Shown here: positions 1 through 13,150 of the stretch, in pieces
Layout: the number at the start of each line of letters is the position of its first letter
Position numbering within the stretch: the first letter of the stretch is position 1
NCBI GenBank assembly: GCA_013265495.1
Contig: MU058059.1
Location: forward strand, 1,587,502 to 1,651,501
Source: Vicugna vicugna
Lineage: Eukaryota
Reading direction: 5' to 3'
Length of the DNA: 64,000 nt
Notes under the pieces: model-generated
Database searches by the model: none
Seen by the model: the letters and a program-made list of their open reading frames with translations, nothing else
Told to the model about the DNA's origin: nothing
Made by a program: the position numbers and the translations under genes

Positions 1-369
1 AAGAAAAAGAAAAATACCATATGAGATCGCTCATATGTGGAATCTAAAAAACAAAAACAAAAACAAAGCATAAATACAGGACAGAAATAGACTCATGGAC
101 AGAGAATACAGACTTGTGGTTACCGGGGTGGGGGGCGGGGTAGAGGGTGGGAAGGGATAGACTGGGATTTCAAAATTGTAGAGTAGATAAACAAGATTAC
201 ACTGTATAGCACAGGGAAATATACACAAAATGTTATGATAAATCACAGAGAAAAAAATGTGACAATGAGTGTGTATATGTCCATGAATGACTGAAAAATT
301 GTGCTGAACACTGGAATTTGACACAACATTGTAAAATGATTATAAATCAATAAAAAATGTTAAAATAAA
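1..369 (+). mobile_element. LINE-1 3' end (young, lineage-specific 3' UTR), truncated by window start
   Basis: Opens with the L1 ORF2-end/3'UTR motif AAATACCATATGAGATCGCTCATATGTGGAATCTAAAAAA, then a G-rich tract (124-155), AATAAA at 349-354 and an A-rich tail. About 94% identical to the L1 piece at 18690-18829. Confidence 0.9.
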
Positions 370-768
370 TTGTTAAGATCTTTCGCTACACAATGCACCA
401 TCTCCCGACTGTAAACTTATCTTCCAGATATGACAAGAACTGAAGTCTTTACCTTTTGGGGTAACAAAACTACAGGGTAGCTGCCCCCACAGCTGGGCTG
501 GGCAGACCTGAGAACCCAGAGCCACCTCCAGGTCATAGCTCAGTGTCCTTAGCCTCCCCAGGGAGGACGACTCAGTCACCTCTAGGAGAAGCAACCTCCT
601 CTGCTTCCAGGTGAGGGCGGTGGAGGAGGGTTTGAGTGACTCAGAGACTGGGTGAGTCAGCTGGTCCCAGGAAAGGAAGGAAAACCTGAGGCTAGGTATT
701 CAATGGAACCACCTTTTTTTGGCTTTCAAGGTGTTTCTTCAAAAACATGTTAATCAACTATGGCTAAT

Positions 769-789
769 TAAAAAAAAAAAAAAAAAAAA
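769..789 (+). repeat. poly(A) tract
   Basis: Uninterrupted A run of about 20 nt. Confidence 0.9.
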
Positions 790-955
790 GGAAACTTCAA
801 CTTCTACTATTAATTATTCATAATATAATTTTTTTCTCAGAACACTGAGCCCTTCAAAAAATGAATTCTTTTTCTAAGAGGTGAGATTAAAATGGTATCC
901 AATATTCCCTAGGACAAGACTTTACTTCTACTTGAATGTTAGGTTCTATCTCTTC

Positions 956-1164
956 TTTTTATTTTTATGGAAGTGTAGTCAGTTTAAAATGTTGTACAAT
1001 TTCCAGTGTACAGCAGTGATTCAGTTATACATATATATATATTCCTTTTCAAATCTTTTTCATTATAGGCTATTATAAGGTATTGAATATAGTTCCCTGT
1101 GCTGTACAGTAGGACATTATTGTTTATCTAGTTTATGTACAGTAGTGTGTATCTACAAATCCCA
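956..1164 (-). mobile_element. 5'-truncated LINE-1 3' end (older artiodactyl-type 3' UTR)
   Basis: Reverse complement of an L1 3'UTR (TATAGTTCCCTGTGCTGTACAGTAGG). Degenerate TSD AGGTTCTATCTCTT (941-954) / AGGTTCTGTCCCTT (1165-1178), 12/14 match. Homologous to 31456-31750. Confidence 0.85.
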
Positions 1165-2021
1165 AGGTTCTGTCCCTTTTTAATTCCTCTCCTTGGCTGG
1201 TAAATGTTTTCCCCAGAGACAGTAATCAAATTCACAAATGAAATGATTTTTCAAGCTGTGCAAAAATGCAATAAAATAAGCCAGACATTTCTTGTTTCTT
1301 TCCAAGCCCAGTTTTGGTTCCAGGCAGGAGAGACGTTAATAAAGGCAGAAAGCTAATCTGTAACACAAACCCTTTCATAAATAAAGAGAAGAGCTTTAAA
1401 AGAGCAGAGAAAATGCACTGACCTTTTTCAAGTCTATTTGTATATGAAATATTATTTATGACACGCAGATTTGTAACCACCACAGCGGGTGTCTAACCTT
1501 GAAGATCATCTATCCTAGGGGCCCTGTTCCATTTGGCTGACTCTAAGACAGTGATGGGAAGGCCAGCAAAAAGTCATCTCTGTCTCATGGTTTGGAACAG
1601 TCACATCTGTTATGAAATTATGGCGACTAATACATTACCGTGTAGGTTCTGTTTTTAATTTTTTATAAGAGATAAATGAGGTATGCTTTATAAGTGAAGT
1701 AATATATAGGAGGCATTTTCAGAATGAAAGGGAGAGAGAGAAAGAAGGGGAAAGGGTAACAGAAAGGGAGGGGGAAGAAGGAAGATGGAGATTGAGACCA
1801 AAAAAAGACATTCTAGTTAAATCTAAAACAAAAGCCTGGACATTAAGCTAGTAAATGACTTTCGTGTACTGCTGCATCACTATTAAACAACACAGAAATC
1901 TTTTGTCTCCCGTCGCACTCCAACTTGGGTTTCATACTAGACTCAAAACAAAATAATTAAACAGCGGTGAAAATCTGCCTTATCATGATTCACCTTTGCA
2001 CAGTGCAAGTGCTCTTCCCTG

Positions 2022-2105
2022 ACTCATTCATTCATTCGCTCATCCACTCAGTGTTTACTGAGCACCTGCAATGTGCCCAGACACTGTGCAAGGCGCTACT
2101 GTACA
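2022..2105 (-). mobile_element. L2 3' end fragment
   Basis: (CATT)n followed by TTTACTGAGCACCT...TGTGCCCAGACACTGTGC, the reverse complement of the L2 3' terminus. Confidence 0.7.
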
Positions 2106-3145
2106 GTGGAGAAGGCGCTGCTCCCAGGTCTGGAAGGTTCTCTCCTTCCCCTAACACCTCTTCTCCATCCTCAGACCCATTTTTCTAAAACCTTATCAAA
2201 AGCCATTCCTCACCTTTCCTGACCTGTGTTCAACCTCCATCCTCATCTACCAGCCCGCCCTCCAGTAATCTCTCTCACCTCGACACCCGATAGCTTAGCC
2301 ACAGTTCTCACATCACAGCCCACATGGTACCAAGCCCTAAATGACTCATAGCAGTGCCTCGAGCTCCTGTTGCATGGGAAATGTTTTAGGGGAATTAACA
2401 GGGAGTTTCGTGGCATGGCAAAAATGAGGGGTATACGTTCGGTTCTAACCCTAAGTTAGAAGCAGGTCTTCCTCTGGGGATTTAAAGACATCTCCCAGGG
2501 CCATAGGAGGCAGAAGACCCAGGGGTTAGGATGGGCCACTGCTCATCCTGCAGGTGGATCAGAGTGGCGACCCAGATGCAGTGTTCGTTATGCAGCCATC
2601 TCTGGGCTAAAAGCAAGCTCTGAAACCATCTGTGGTCAACTCCGAGTACTGTGAAGTAAGACGCAGACATCCCAGAGTATGGACATCACAGAAGAGGATA
2701 CAAGGGGCCAGTGAGCGCTCTGGAAAAGGGCTCCCACCCTTCAGTGATTGTGGCCTGGAGACAGACACTATGACTCCTTGTGCATAAGGATGTGGTTCTT
2801 ATCACAGAATATAGGTTTATTCATTCTAAACAACTCCTCTTTCTTTTTGCAAGTTAAAAGAACATTTCTGGGTGTTAGACACCTGTAGTGGGTGGACCCT
2901 TTGAGAGTAACAGTCAAAGTTCTGATACCCAGAGTGAGTGGTATCAGGTGGGCAATCTCCCCTCCATAATTTTATCTGAATGAACCAAGTTTCCACATCT
3001 GAGCATGCTCTGGTAGCTTTTAAGGGAAATTTCCACATGTGACTTTGTGTTATAGTTACTAGCTACATTTCCTCACAAACATGCCAAACCCAATGTGGAC
3101 AGGACTACCTCAACTTTCTACTTCTGTAGTGCTCAGAACACTAAA

Positions 3146-3421
3146 GATGGTGGTGATGATGATGATGGTGATGATGGTGGTGATGATGATGGTGGTGATG
3201 GTGATGGTGGTGATGATGATGGTGATGATGGTGATGATGATGATGGTGATGATGGTGGTGATGATGATAGTGGTGATGGTGATGGTGGTGATGATGATGA
3301 TGGTGGTGATGGTGGTGATGATGGTGATCATGATGGTGGTGGTGATGGTGGTGATGATGTGGTGGTGATGGTGGTGATGATGATAGGGATGATGGTGGTG
3401 ATGATGGTGGTGGTGATGACG
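3146..3421 (+). repeat. compound (GAT)n/(GGT)n trinucleotide microsatellite
   Basis: About 275 bp of interleaved GAT and GGT triplets. It produces the spurious poly-M/V, poly-D/G and poly-I/T ORFs. Confidence 0.97.
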
Positions 3422-3423
3422 AA

Positions 3424-3562
3424 AGCTAACTCACCTAGTGCTCACTATTTACCAGGCATTGTTCTAAGTATTTTACCTTGATTAACCCTTTTAATCCTCA
3501 TGACAACCTTTTGAGGTGGTATTATGATTATCCTCATTTTACAGGTAAGGAAACTGAAGTAA
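3424..3562 (-). mobile_element. MIR SINE
   Basis: MIR core in reverse (TTTAATCCTCATGACAACC...CATTTTACAGGTAAGGAAACTGAAG). Its 3' tail abuts the microsatellite. Confidence 0.85.
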
Positions 3563-6500
3563 GAAGAGGAAAAATACAGTATCCTGTTTCTGGTTAGTTT
3601 TGGGTAACTATTTGCTAGATTGAATTGAATATTACTCTTTTGAAAAAGGCTCAGTGATATGTGTTACTATGATTTTAACATACATAAAAAATATATTCCT
3701 ATTCTGATTTTTGTTTCAGAAATTAAGGTGTTTTCCATAATATTTATTTAAAGGCTGGCACAGGATGATTTCAAAACAGTATTAAAAAGAACTCTTGTGC
3801 TATATATGTGACTGTTTCTAATGTTTACTCTATTTCTAATGGTTTTGGTTTATCATAAAAACAAAATTTCACTTTTGATTCTCTGCCTTCTAAGTATATT
3901 TCATGTTGTGTTAGATGGTAATTTTACTTTAAGAAAAAAATGTTAGTCCTTTCTCTATAACCTCTTCTTTCTTTTCGTTTTCCCAGGGGCTGAGATTGCT
4001 AAGTCACTGCTGTTAAAATTGTCTGCTTCTGTCACTTCCCAGTGTAATCCCGTGAGATGGGGCCTCACATCACCTGCAAGGCAAAAGCCAGTTTGGAAAT
4101 ATCAGCAAATTCCAGATGCCCAGTACGTGACTATTATAGCTTAATGTATCTGTTGTGAGACAATTATGCAACGTGCTACTAGCTAATATGTGCATCTGAG
4201 AAAATGTTACACCAGGTGGGGTGTTCGATGTGGTGTGTGTGTGTGTGTGTGTTTTCTCTGATACATTAAATTCTTACAGGCCAAGGCAATTGGCCAAAAT
4301 CTAGCATATCCTCATAAAGTTTTGTAATTCCCTTAAGCTACAGTTTCATAGAGCTGATTTTTAAAACGCTCTCCCCCTACTATCCCATGCATAAGATATC
4401 GAAACAGCAAATCAGCAGCCTTTTTATGTAGTTTGGTTTTGATTCAACAGTTCAAAATGTCCTCCATTTAAACTGGCCTGAGGGAAGTCTGGCTAAAATC
4501 AAGACTTCGGGGAGACAAGTGACATGACACGCAATACATTCTGAAGCTCATTGTTTATCATTTTTTTCCATTTTGGATCACAGATGTGTCCTTCTTTCTA
4601 GATTGTCCACAATCCAGCTGATGATTTTTTTTTTTTTTTGCCTCCAAGGATATTCTGTAAGCACAGTGCTTGCCAGCAACAGCCACCCCGGAGACGGAGG
4701 GGCTCGCTGACAGGAGGCAGGTCTGTGTGGAGCCGGCAACCTGGGACTGATTCACCCAGCCATTCACGTGGCTGGGGGTGAGCCTTGAAATTTATACCAG
4801 AAAACTTCCTACAGTTCTAGGTGTCAAGAAAAATAAATCAACAACCTTTTTAGAAATTAACATATAAAGAAAATGTCTGAATAAAATGGAAATTTAAAAC
4901 ACTCTTTTCTCTTTATCCTATTTTCATTTCTAGCATCCATAGATGCAGATGGACAGTAGGGGTGGGGGAGCTCTAATTGGTTCCAAACAAAGAAAAATCA
5001 CCCTTTGGTTGACATCTTACGTAGCCCATAAATATGGCAAACGGCTTTCTAAACCAAAAGATGTAACATATACTGGTGGGATGGGATGGTTAAAACTGAA
5101 ACTATCTGGAAAAAAAACCCCTAAGTAACCAGGTTCTTTGTTTTGTGTTCCTCAGAGGCACACAAGGAAGGTGAAGCCAAGAAATACAGGTAGGGAAATG
5201 GGGAAGGGAGATAAGGAAAAGGTGGAAAGCAATAAAGTTCTCAAGCCACTAGGAGGCAGCAGAGAGCGTGTCTGGAGTTCTGGCTGAGGTGTGAGACAGT
5301 GAGGGTACTGATCCACCAGCTGCTCATCTTCATTGGTTGAGGGCTGCTTCCAGGAGTTTACCTTCCCAGCACTCTGGCTTGCCCTGAGAGCGAGCTGAGG
5401 GCCAAGTATGTCCCTGCAGTCAGAAAAAATTCTCTCAGGCATTGTCACAGGTGTTTGCCAAGAAGAGGCGAGGGGCAGAGGGGAGGGCAAGGCACCCATC
5501 ATGGTGCTACATATGGTCACTGCACAGGTAGCACAAGTCACTGGCAGATGACAAGGCAGTGCTCCGTCCACGAGGCTTCTCCCTCCCCTCACTCACCTCC
5601 ACACGCTCTGTTTGCACCACTTCACCAGCACCTGGACCATGCCTGGCATTTAGGAGTTCAAACCAAGTTGCTGATCAAAGGAATGAGTGAAGAATTGACT
5701 TTTATATAAGCCGAAATGATGTGACTTTGCTTCCTGGGTTCTTCCTTTTTTTCCATATGCAACTAACTTCAAACTGCCCAACAGCTGCTGTGGTAAGTAT
5801 TTCAGAGATCTCTGAGCCCTCGAGACAGGTGGTACCCGGTCATCCTAAAATAGCTGTGGACATCACGATGATGCATAGGCAGGTGTAGGGGCCTTCCTTC
5901 AAGATCTTGGGAAACCTGATGCAACGATGGGCTCTAACAAGGGATCCAACAGTGGAATCCTTAGACCAAGAGAGATTAGCATTTCTCACACCGAAGTCCA
6001 GGGCATGTTAAGCTCGGATGTTTTCAGGGATAGACCTGCCACAGCGGAAGGATGCTTGGTGATGATGTTCAGATCTTACAGAACCTTCTCCAGGAAACTA
6101 CCATGTGCTGAGCAGTGTCCAGGTACGCGTGTTTGCCACAGCGTTTAATCTAACCTGTGAGGGTGCACCAGACTCTGTTAATGGGGGGACTCTGGCTGGT
6201 TGTTTGGAGGGTGCTGTGGACCCAACAGGGTTTGAAGATAGGCAATCCAGAGGCACACTTTGTTTGCTGAGCAGACTGTGTTCGTAATCGAATGGCAGTG
6301 GGAGTGGGGGCTCCAGGTTGCCAGTTGTGCAGATCGTAGCAGGAGGGAGCCCAGCTCCAGCCTGGCCTTGAGACACTTGGGCTGCACCCTCTGAACTGCA
6401 GCTGCCGACAGTCTGTGTCCATGGCAATCCCGGGAGGGTGGGTTTTGTTTGGCCAGCTCTCTCCCTCACCATGAACGCCCTCTTTCTCTGCTGACAGTAC

Positions 6501-8204
6501 AGTGCGGGGAAGCCTCGGGGATGGGTGGTAACAGGGCAGGGAGGTGAGGGAAGAACCCACTACCTCATCATCCCCGTGGAGGACCAATGATGTGCATGAT
6601 GCCTCCAGGTTTTATTTCTCCTGCATCTCGTAACTTTCATCCCTCCCCCTCCCATCCAACCCACACTTCTCAATCTCACACTCCTGAAACTTTCCCTTTT
6701 CTCTGTCCTAAATCTTAAAACCCAGTCTTTATTTGTTTCCAATTAGCATCTGGGCCCCCTTCTCACTCTGACCTCTACCCACAGGGCAGCAAGCTTCCAA
6801 CCAAAGCAGGAGTGCAGGAGGGGCATTTGTTACAATCCCAAGTGCAGGCGGGAGAAGTCCATTCTGGCCTCTGCGTAGGAGGGTCAGGAAAGGGATACCC
6901 AGGGGACTACACACCTCGGGGATGCGGGTGGAAGCACTGGAAGATGACATACGGCTCATGCTTCACATCAGATCCTCACGTTTCCCAACTAAAACACACC
7001 TGGTTGTGAAGCCGAGACATAAGAGGCAGTGGATGGGCGGTACAGCAAGCAGGTCAATCATACGTTTTATTTTCATCTGTTTCTAATGTAGTTGGATGTT
7101 AAGAAAGGTCAATGATTCACACGGAGGATAAAGAGCTATCAGATGAAAATATTTTGTAAGCACCCTCTGAAAGCAGCGGAAACCCACACAAATCTGTGGT
7201 GGTTAGACTCTAGATCGGAAGTGTCATATATGCCTTTGGAATAAGGAAGAGTTTACTCAACACTCGAAACTTTCTAACCAGCATGAACTCATCCAAAAAT
7301 CTGCTAAAGCAGCGTTTCCTTTGGAAGGAACCATCCAGCCCAGGATGGTGTCATTAGGAGAGGGAGGATATTGGAACACAGTCCCCCGAGGACCTCTAAG
7401 ACTGCCCTGCATAATTGGGGAAGTCATCCACGTGGCACACACCAGTGCCTGAACAAATTACCCAGAAATTGACTGCCTTCCGTGCAGACTAATTTAATCT
7501 CCTCAGAATTTAGCCTTCTTGGCAAAGCTGCCCTTCCCCAGAGGAGAAAAAGTGAATTAAACAGCAGTTGCCACCAGGTACACCAGCCTACTCACTTCAG
7601 GAAAAAGTCCGCAGGCTGACCGTCAGAAGTAAAGGATTCATTTTACATACTTGGCAAAGAGCTTGGTGTTTGCCTTGGCTCTGCTCAAGCAGCCTTAGCA
7701 GCAGGCAGATTTACAGCGATGGTTACTGCAGAGGAAAATGACAGGCAGCCGCCCACCCCCGAGACACCGAGGGACTGTCCCTGACACACTGGTGCTGCTC
7801 CTTCAGACTCCTGGAAGCGCTGAGCCCCCACGGTCTGGTGGGAACTGTCGCCCAACGCGAGGTGGTCCTGGTGCTACGTCCAGTCCTTCTACAGCAACGT
7901 CAGCTTTTGTTTCCTTTGTGCACCCAGGACATCCAGAATTAGCAGCATGCTTCTCCATGTGCTCCCAGAAGTTGACGCAAAATCATGAGGTGCCTGAGGG
8001 CTGTAAGCTGGATCGTGGAAGCTGATGACCCCAAAAGTGACCCCAAAGGTACAGAAACAGAATAAGAGTGACTGGAAAGAATCAGGGGCTGTTAAGAGTG
8101 AGGCAAAACTGTTGTTTCAGAGAACATCTGCCTCTCTTCCCTGTTTGCTTTCGAAAGAGAAATTATAACCCAGTGTTAGTTCCTTGAAGATATAGTTTCT
8201 GTTA

Positions 8205-8942
8205 TAGTTTTTCTTATTGTGGTAAAAACTGCATAACATAAGATTTATCATCTTACCCATTTTTAAGTGTACAGTTTAGTCATGTTAAGCACATTCACAT
8301 TGTTGTGAAACAGATTTCCAGAATGTTTTCATCTTGTAACACTGAAACTCTGTTCCCTTTAAACAAGGACTTCCCTTTTTCCCAAACCCCTTATTCCTGG
8401 CACCAACCATTCTACTTTCAGTCTCTATGACCACTCCAGGCTCCTTATATAAGTGGAATCATGCAGTTTTGGGGTTTTGTGTGTGTGTGTCTGGCTTAGT
8501 TCATTTACATAATGTTTTCAAGGTTCATCCATGCTGTAGCAGATAAGAGAACTGCCTTCCTTTTCAAAGCTGAATAATATTCCATTGTAGGTAATAGACC
8601 ATATTTTATCTGTTCATCTGTTGATGGACATTTGGGTTGCTTCCACTTCTTGGCTTTTGTAAACAGTGCTGCTGTGAACATAGGTGTGCAAATATCTCTT
8701 CAAGTCCTTGCTTTCAAGTCTTTGCAGAATCCCAGATGTGGGACTGCTGGATTCTATGGCATTTCTTTTCTTAATTTATTGAGGACCCTCCAAATTGTTT
8801 TCCATAGCAGTTGCACCATTTAGAATCCTACCAACAGTGCATACACAAGAGTTCCAATTTCTCCACATGCTCACCAACACTTGTTATTTTCTGGGGTTTT
8901 GATAGTAGCCATCCTCATGGGTGTGAGGTGCTATCTCACTGT
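8205..8942 (-). mobile_element. old LINE-1 (L1MA/L1MB-type) 3' region
   Basis: Typical reverse-strand motifs: TTTTAAGTGTACAGTT, AAGTGGAATCAT, GGTTCATCCATG, TTGATGGACATTTGGGTTGCTTCCAC, TTTCTCCACAT.CTCACCAACACTTG. Confidence 0.9.
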
Positions 8943-8959
8943 GTGTGTGTAAATTTGTT

Positions 8960-9810
8960 ATCAGTGTCCAGGGAGAGCATCTCTGAGATGGCCAATTTGA
9001 GCCAGGACCTGGAGGAAGTGAAGGACCAGGTTGAGCAAGGATCTGGGGGAGAGTGTTCCAGGCAGAGGAATGGCAAGTGCAGAGGTCCAGCAAGAGGAGC
9101 AGCCTGGTGGGTTTGGGAAACATGGAGAAGGGCAGTGTGGGCAGAGATGGTGGAGCTGAATGAGAGCAGTGGACAATGAGGCTGGGTGGGGAGGTGGGCA
9201 GGCGACTGGGCAGGGGCTGCTATAAAGTTGTTGACCTTAACCTTGAATGACATGTGAAGTCAATAGAGATTTTAAAGCAAAGAAGTGACATGATTCAACT
9301 GTTATGTTGAGCACAGACTGTAGAGGGTGGGTAGTAGGTGAGAGCATTAAGCAAGAAGACCAGCTAGGACACTAGCACAACAGAACAGGACGAAGGAGAG
9401 TGGCTTGGACCAGACTAGGGGCACTGGAGGGCTGCAAGGAGCTGTTTCACAGAAGGGAGGGTGAACCACCATGGTCAGGGCTGATGGCTGGCCAAGCAAG
9501 AGGAGGGCTGAGAAGGTACCACTGGACTCGGAAATGTGCTCACCACTGGTGACTCTGACTGTAGCAGTCCTGCTGGAGTGGTGGGCTTACAAGGCTGAGG
9601 GCAAGGCAGTCAAGACGGAAGGGAAGGAAAGAAATGAGAACATACAGACACCCCTTTCAGGAAACTGCTTTAAAGGAATGCACTGGAGCAACAGTCAGGG
9701 TGAATAGTGGAATCAGGCGAGGTTTGGTTTTGTTTTAAAATGAAATAATTGCATGTGTATAATCGTGGGAAGATTTGGTAGAGAGAGAAAGGCTGATGAT
9801 ATAAATAGAT
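8960..9810 (-). mobile_element. L2 fragments
   Basis: Purine-rich stretch with reverse-strand L2 hallmarks (GAGTGTTCCAGGCAGAGGAATGGCAAGTGCAGAGG; TTTTAAAGCAAAGAAGTGACATGAT). Probably more than one piece. Confidence 0.7.
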
Positions 9811-10058
9811 ATAAATGATGCCATATTACAGAAAAGGTTTCCCCAAGCAATTCCTACCCATATGACATGCCATGAGATCCATTCTGATACTTTCTAGTCT
9901 TTTCCAGTCTACTCTGTTCTGGTCCATTCCCTGCTGGACACGCCACACTAAACTGATTTCACAACTCAAGGTTTGAAGAAAGCACTGTACCCCATCCTGC
10001 TGCCTAATTAAGGTTCCATCTTCGTGCTGGGAATTGTCCTTCTGTGACCAGGCTTTAC

Positions 10059-10687
10059 TGTGACAGAGCTCAGGTTCGCCTGCTCATCGCTCAAAAGACC
10101 ATAATTGGGAGGTAAGTGTCAGTGGAAAGGAAAGTTGCTTTATTTGGAAAAGCTGGCAATCCGGGGAGAATGCAGACTTCCATCCAGAGACCATCTCCAA
10201 GATTCTGCTCAGCCATGACAATTTTTAAAGGGGAAAGGGGGGTACAATCTCAGTTCATTAGGGTAGGAGGTCAAATTCTTTGTCATTTTCCCATCACGTG
10301 CAGACCCGCTGACTTCTCCTGACCTTCCTTCAGATGCTGTCTTGCCTACATGGTCTGCCTGCAAATTTACTAAGAGGGGAGAGGGGACTGGAGAGTCAGC
10401 CGTTCTTCAACTACTTCATTCTTCATTCTCACTCCTTCTAATCCAGGAAAGGAATCAGCACGTTAGGCAAGTCACCGTGTGCATTGAGCAAAGCAAAAAT
10501 CAGAGTTAGGTCAAATGTTGCCTAGAGAGCTCATCTTTCTGATTAAGGTCTGAGGATAACAGAGATGAACGAACAGAAAAGGGGTAAAAGGGCTGCTTAT
10601 TTTACCAAGGGGAAGGCTTTGCTCAAAAAAGTCAGGGTAGAACCAGTTTACGAACACTTGAGAAACTCAAGAATATTTTGTTTTACA
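10059..10687 (-). mobile_element. probable solo LTR (ERV1-like)
   Basis: TG...CA bounded ~630 bp. Reverse-strand AATAAA (GCTTTATT ~10138-10145) lies ~80 bp from the left end, with a TTTAAAAA TATA-like motif ~10222-10229 upstream of it. Same layout as the LTRs at 40009 and 42609. No clean TSD; boundaries approximate. Confidence 0.6.
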
Positions 10688-12547
10688 GACTGGACTGTGC
10701 TGATGGCCTGAGACCCAATAGCCCAAGTGTTACTCAGGCAGGATTTCTCCCTTGATTAAAGTGCTAACATCCCCTACACCGAGTTCATTCACTCAGAGTC
10801 AGCCACATACACAGGTACCAGCCAACCTAAAGGAACAGGAAAACAATAAGAATCGATGAAAAATGCATCAGTCTGGTAATAGTGTTTGTTTTGTGCCGCC
10901 GTGATGTTTGCTTTCACCCTCCCAATATGAATCTTTGGCATTTTAACACACTACATTGACATTTTGGAACGAGTGGCTGGCTGAAGCTTCTTTTCTACGA
11001 ATATGAGATTCTCTTTACTTCATGTATGTGGGAAGGTTAAGTCAATTATTCCTAACGGTAAAACGATAAAAATAATGCACACATGAGACTATAAAATAAC
11101 AGCTATGTTAAAAGTTAAAAGCATTTTTAGAGTATAGCCTATACATGTATACACACACACACACAAATTATTTCATAACTGGACCCTGGCTCATGTACTG
11201 GAGGCACTCAACCATACGAATGAATGAAGAAATGGATGGATGAAGAGATAAATGGAAGAGTGAATGAATGAAGTCGACCTAACCTACCAGGGTACACGGT
11301 TTGACTTAACTGTTTCAGCTTAGGTTTTCTTCCTTCTGCACCTCCCACCCCCAAATCTATTTAGAGAAAACAGTTTTTACCCATATCAAATGAGGGTGTG
11401 ATGTGAATATATATTATAAAAATTATCATGAACTTTAAAAAAGAATAGTGTTTTTAGAATGATTTTTAGAATAATGCTACTACTTGGCCTTTCTGTTTGG
11501 CCCCAGGCCATCTAGGAAGCTTGGGTTGTGAAAAGAGCATTGTGCATGAATTCTTATCTTAGAGAAGAAATAAAATATCCTTATTTAAATGGAGTTGAAT
11601 TTGGAAATGCAGAGATGTTAAACTTGAGTAAATTAGGTTATTCAAATCTGCAGCAACCCCGTCATCTTTGGTCTCTTTCCTCATAGTGAGACAGCAAGAT
11701 GATATTGCTTCAGAATAGAAAACTAAGCACACAAGTAAGTACCACTTAAAGTTCTACTTCCTGTGAGAATGCAGAGATGCTAACTGAGGGCTGAGAGGAT
11801 GTGCAGAGTGGACTCCCTTCCGTGTTTAAGGAGGGCTTGGGTTGATCCCACTGGCCCACCACTGGTTGAGCACCTTGAGTTAATTTTCTAAGGAGTGGTG
11901 TATTTCCAATGGCTGGTCTCATCCAGTTTCAGTTGGGACAAAAAACCCACATATTTCTGACATGGTTGGCTGGAGGAAGGAGTCCAACTTGTGGATGTGG
12001 GGTCAAATAAAGCAAAAAGATCAAAGTCGGCATCAAATGCACTAAATAATTCCAAGGGCACCAACTTGTCATCAGCGAAGCTAATTTGGGAGACTAATCT
12101 AATTACTCCTGAACAGACAGGACAGTCGCTGGGACAAAGGCCAGGCCTGACAGATTGGGATGCAAAGTTGGGAAGCAAGGAAGAGGACTGATTTCGCTTG
12201 GAATCAACTATTATCTGACCTTGGAACAACTTTCAAGTCCCAAGTAACAGCGTTCCAGCCAGCAAAGAGTTAGGCAGTGAGCAATGACACATGAAGTCCT
12301 AAGGCCACCGGGAGGTTGGTGACAGTACTATGGGATGAGAGACTGGCGGTCTGCACTGTCACTGTCCTGTGGGCAAAACTCAAGCACCCCATTTGGAAGA
12401 GCTCCCTTCCAAGGCAGAGACAGAGCAGGCTCTAAAGTGGACCAATGACACATGAGTTTCATAAATTAAGGAATTTTTCAGCTTTATTTCACATTACATG
12501 ATTTAAGAAACTTTTGCAAATACCTGTAACTTACACCATGGCTTAAG

Positions 12548-12736
12548 TTGGCTCTCAAACTTCAACACGCATCAGAATCACACAGACAGCTTGTGAGACC
12601 GCTGGACTGCAGACCCAAAGTTTCTGGTCCAGTGGGCCTGGGATGGGGAAGGAGAAAGTTGCATTGGTAACATGCTCTGCACTGATATGGATGCTACTGG
12701 TGGGATGGAGGTGGGCACACTTTGAGGAACACTGGT
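12548..12736. mobile_element. MER5A-like hAT-Charlie MITE
   Basis: CTCTCAAACTT...GCATCAGAATCAC at one end and CACACTTTGAGGAACACTG at the other, ~190 bp apart. Confidence 0.75.
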
Positions 12737-12919
12737 CTAAAGTTAAAAGAAAAATAAGGTGTTGGGTGGGGGGGAACAGGACATTTCCTGGATGACAAGT
12801 TGTCTTAGAGCAATTCGTGGTTTGCTAAGTGAACTTCTGTAAGCAGTTCTTTAGAAGCAAAGATATGTACACAGATACATAGTTTGTGTGTGTGTGTGTG
12901 TTTTTTTAAACTGAACTTG

Positions 12920-13150
12920 TACCCATCAGAGCTCAAAGAGAAGAGTAGAACCAGTAGGAGATGTTACATATAATGCTATTGCGGCGCTAGGTAAGGAAGT
13001 CTGAAGGCTGCAGTGCAGATGGTCAGGAGAAGAGCATCGTGAACAGGGAGGAGCCCCACATGCACAAACTTAGGGAAGGCCTCAGCTCTCTTTTAAAAGG
13101 CTCACCTGATTAGGTCAGGCCCATGAAGGCAAATATCCCTTTTAGCTAGC
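12920..13150 (+). mobile_element. MLT2-like (ERVL) LTR fragment
   Basis: AGAACCAGTAGGAGAT and CACCTGATTAGGTCAGGCCCA motifs typical of MLT2. Confidence 0.55.

Noticed and set aside
3081..3481. Low-complexity ORFs (poly-M/V, poly-D/G, poly-I/T) resembling acidic or membrane proteins
   Set aside because: All are translations of the GAT/GGT microsatellite, which lacks stops in several frames; one runs on into a MIR.
5784..5791. Possible 8-nt microexon (CAACAG|CTGCTGTG|GTAAGT)
   Set aside because: It does not preserve frame, the pyrimidine tract next to the AG is poor, and nothing else supports it.
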